Origin: Bacteroidota bacterium
GTDB lineage: Bacteria; Bacteroidota; Bacteroidia; AKYH767-A; OLB10
Length of the DNA stretch: 64,000 nt
NCBI GenBank assembly: GCA_016713525.1
Contig: JADJOZ010000033.1
Location: forward strand, 255,007 to 319,006
Reading direction: 5' to 3'
Shown: in pieces, positions 63,902 through 64,000 of the stretch
How the letters are laid out: each line of letters starts with the position of its first letter
Numbering within the stretch: the first letter of the stretch is position 1
The notes under the pieces: generated by a model
The model's database searches: none
Told to the model about the DNA's origin: nothing
What the model saw: only the letters and a program-made list of their open reading frames with translations
Made by a program: the position numbers and the translations under genes

Positions 63902-64000
63902 ATGATACGCCTCACAAAGATATTCAATTTTGAAATGGCTCATGCCCTTTACGGGTATGATGGGCCTTGCAAAAATATTCATGGGCACTCCTATGAATTA
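63902..64000 (+). CDS. queD: 6-carboxy-5,6,7,8-tetrahydropterin synthase, 5' part (runs off the window)
   Basis: 'MIRLTKIFNFEMAHALYGYDGPCKNIHGHSYEL' matches the QueD/PTPS N-terminal signature (FxFxxAHxL...C...HGHxY). Confidence 0.65.
   Translation, partial: MIRLTKIFNFEMAHALYGYDGPCKNIHGHSYEL

Noticed and set aside
1-64000. A prophage or conjugative element that could explain the tail-fibre-like and TA genes.
   Set aside because: No integrase, recombinase, transposase, terminase, capsid, portal, relaxase or tra genes are recognisable in any frame of the ORF track. No mobile element is called.

Overview
AT-rich Bacteroidota-type chromosomal segment. Supporting signs are TAnnTTTG-type -7 promoter boxes and many Por/T9SS C-terminal sorting domains. 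I can support about 50 protein genes, one tRNA(CAU) and about 12 intrinsic-terminator hairpins. I saw no rRNA, CRISPR array, transposase, integrase or recombinase. Thirteen predicted type IX secretion (T9SS) cargo genes occupy about 30 kb (~47%) of the window. They include two tandem M43 metalloproteases, a 2268-aa M4 (thermolysin-like) mosaic protein, and a 1471-aa fusion of FG-GAP, TSP3, vanadium-haloperoxidase-like/PAP2 and PKD-like domains. The rest are ELWxxDGT-, SBBP- and CRTAC1/ASPIC-type repeat proteins. Other blocks: (1) a sulfur-trafficking cluster at 17.1-21.8 kb with a persulfide-dioxygenase/rhodanese fusion, two single-domain rhodaneses, two Cys-rich membrane miniproteins, OsmC, TrxA and a rhodanese-thioredoxin lipoprotein; (2) a phage-tail-fibre-like protein with an S74 intramolecular-chaperone domain beside a T9SS adhesin-like gene; (3) a RelE/ParE toxin-antitoxin pair; (4) housekeeping genes (dxs, a transsulfuration PLP enzyme, a TrkA-like RCK protein, a SulP transporter, the queD 5' end). 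A caveat applies to the whole window: at least 8 genes are interrupted by single-base frameshifts, most at homopolymer runs. One of them is the essential dxs gene, so indel sequencing or assembly error is more likely than true pseudogenisation. The observations I rate highest are listed here. (a) The M4 mosaic protein carries a twice-repeated ~310-aa unit whose ~200-aa core I cannot assign to any family. (b) The secreted haloperoxidase-like mosaic sits next to a membrane-anchored AraC regulator. (c) A ~0.96-kb insertion supplies a surrogate 3' end to sulP, plus an orphan HTH gene with a 17-bp perfect palindromic operator, and leaves the displaced old 3' end behind. (d) The cellular tail-fibre/S74 gene. 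(e) Several unexplained non-coding repeats: ATCGTATGCAAAT pairs, a heptamer array, and palindromes in the tRNA trailer. All functional calls come from motif recognition by eye. No database search, HMM search or folding calculation was run.
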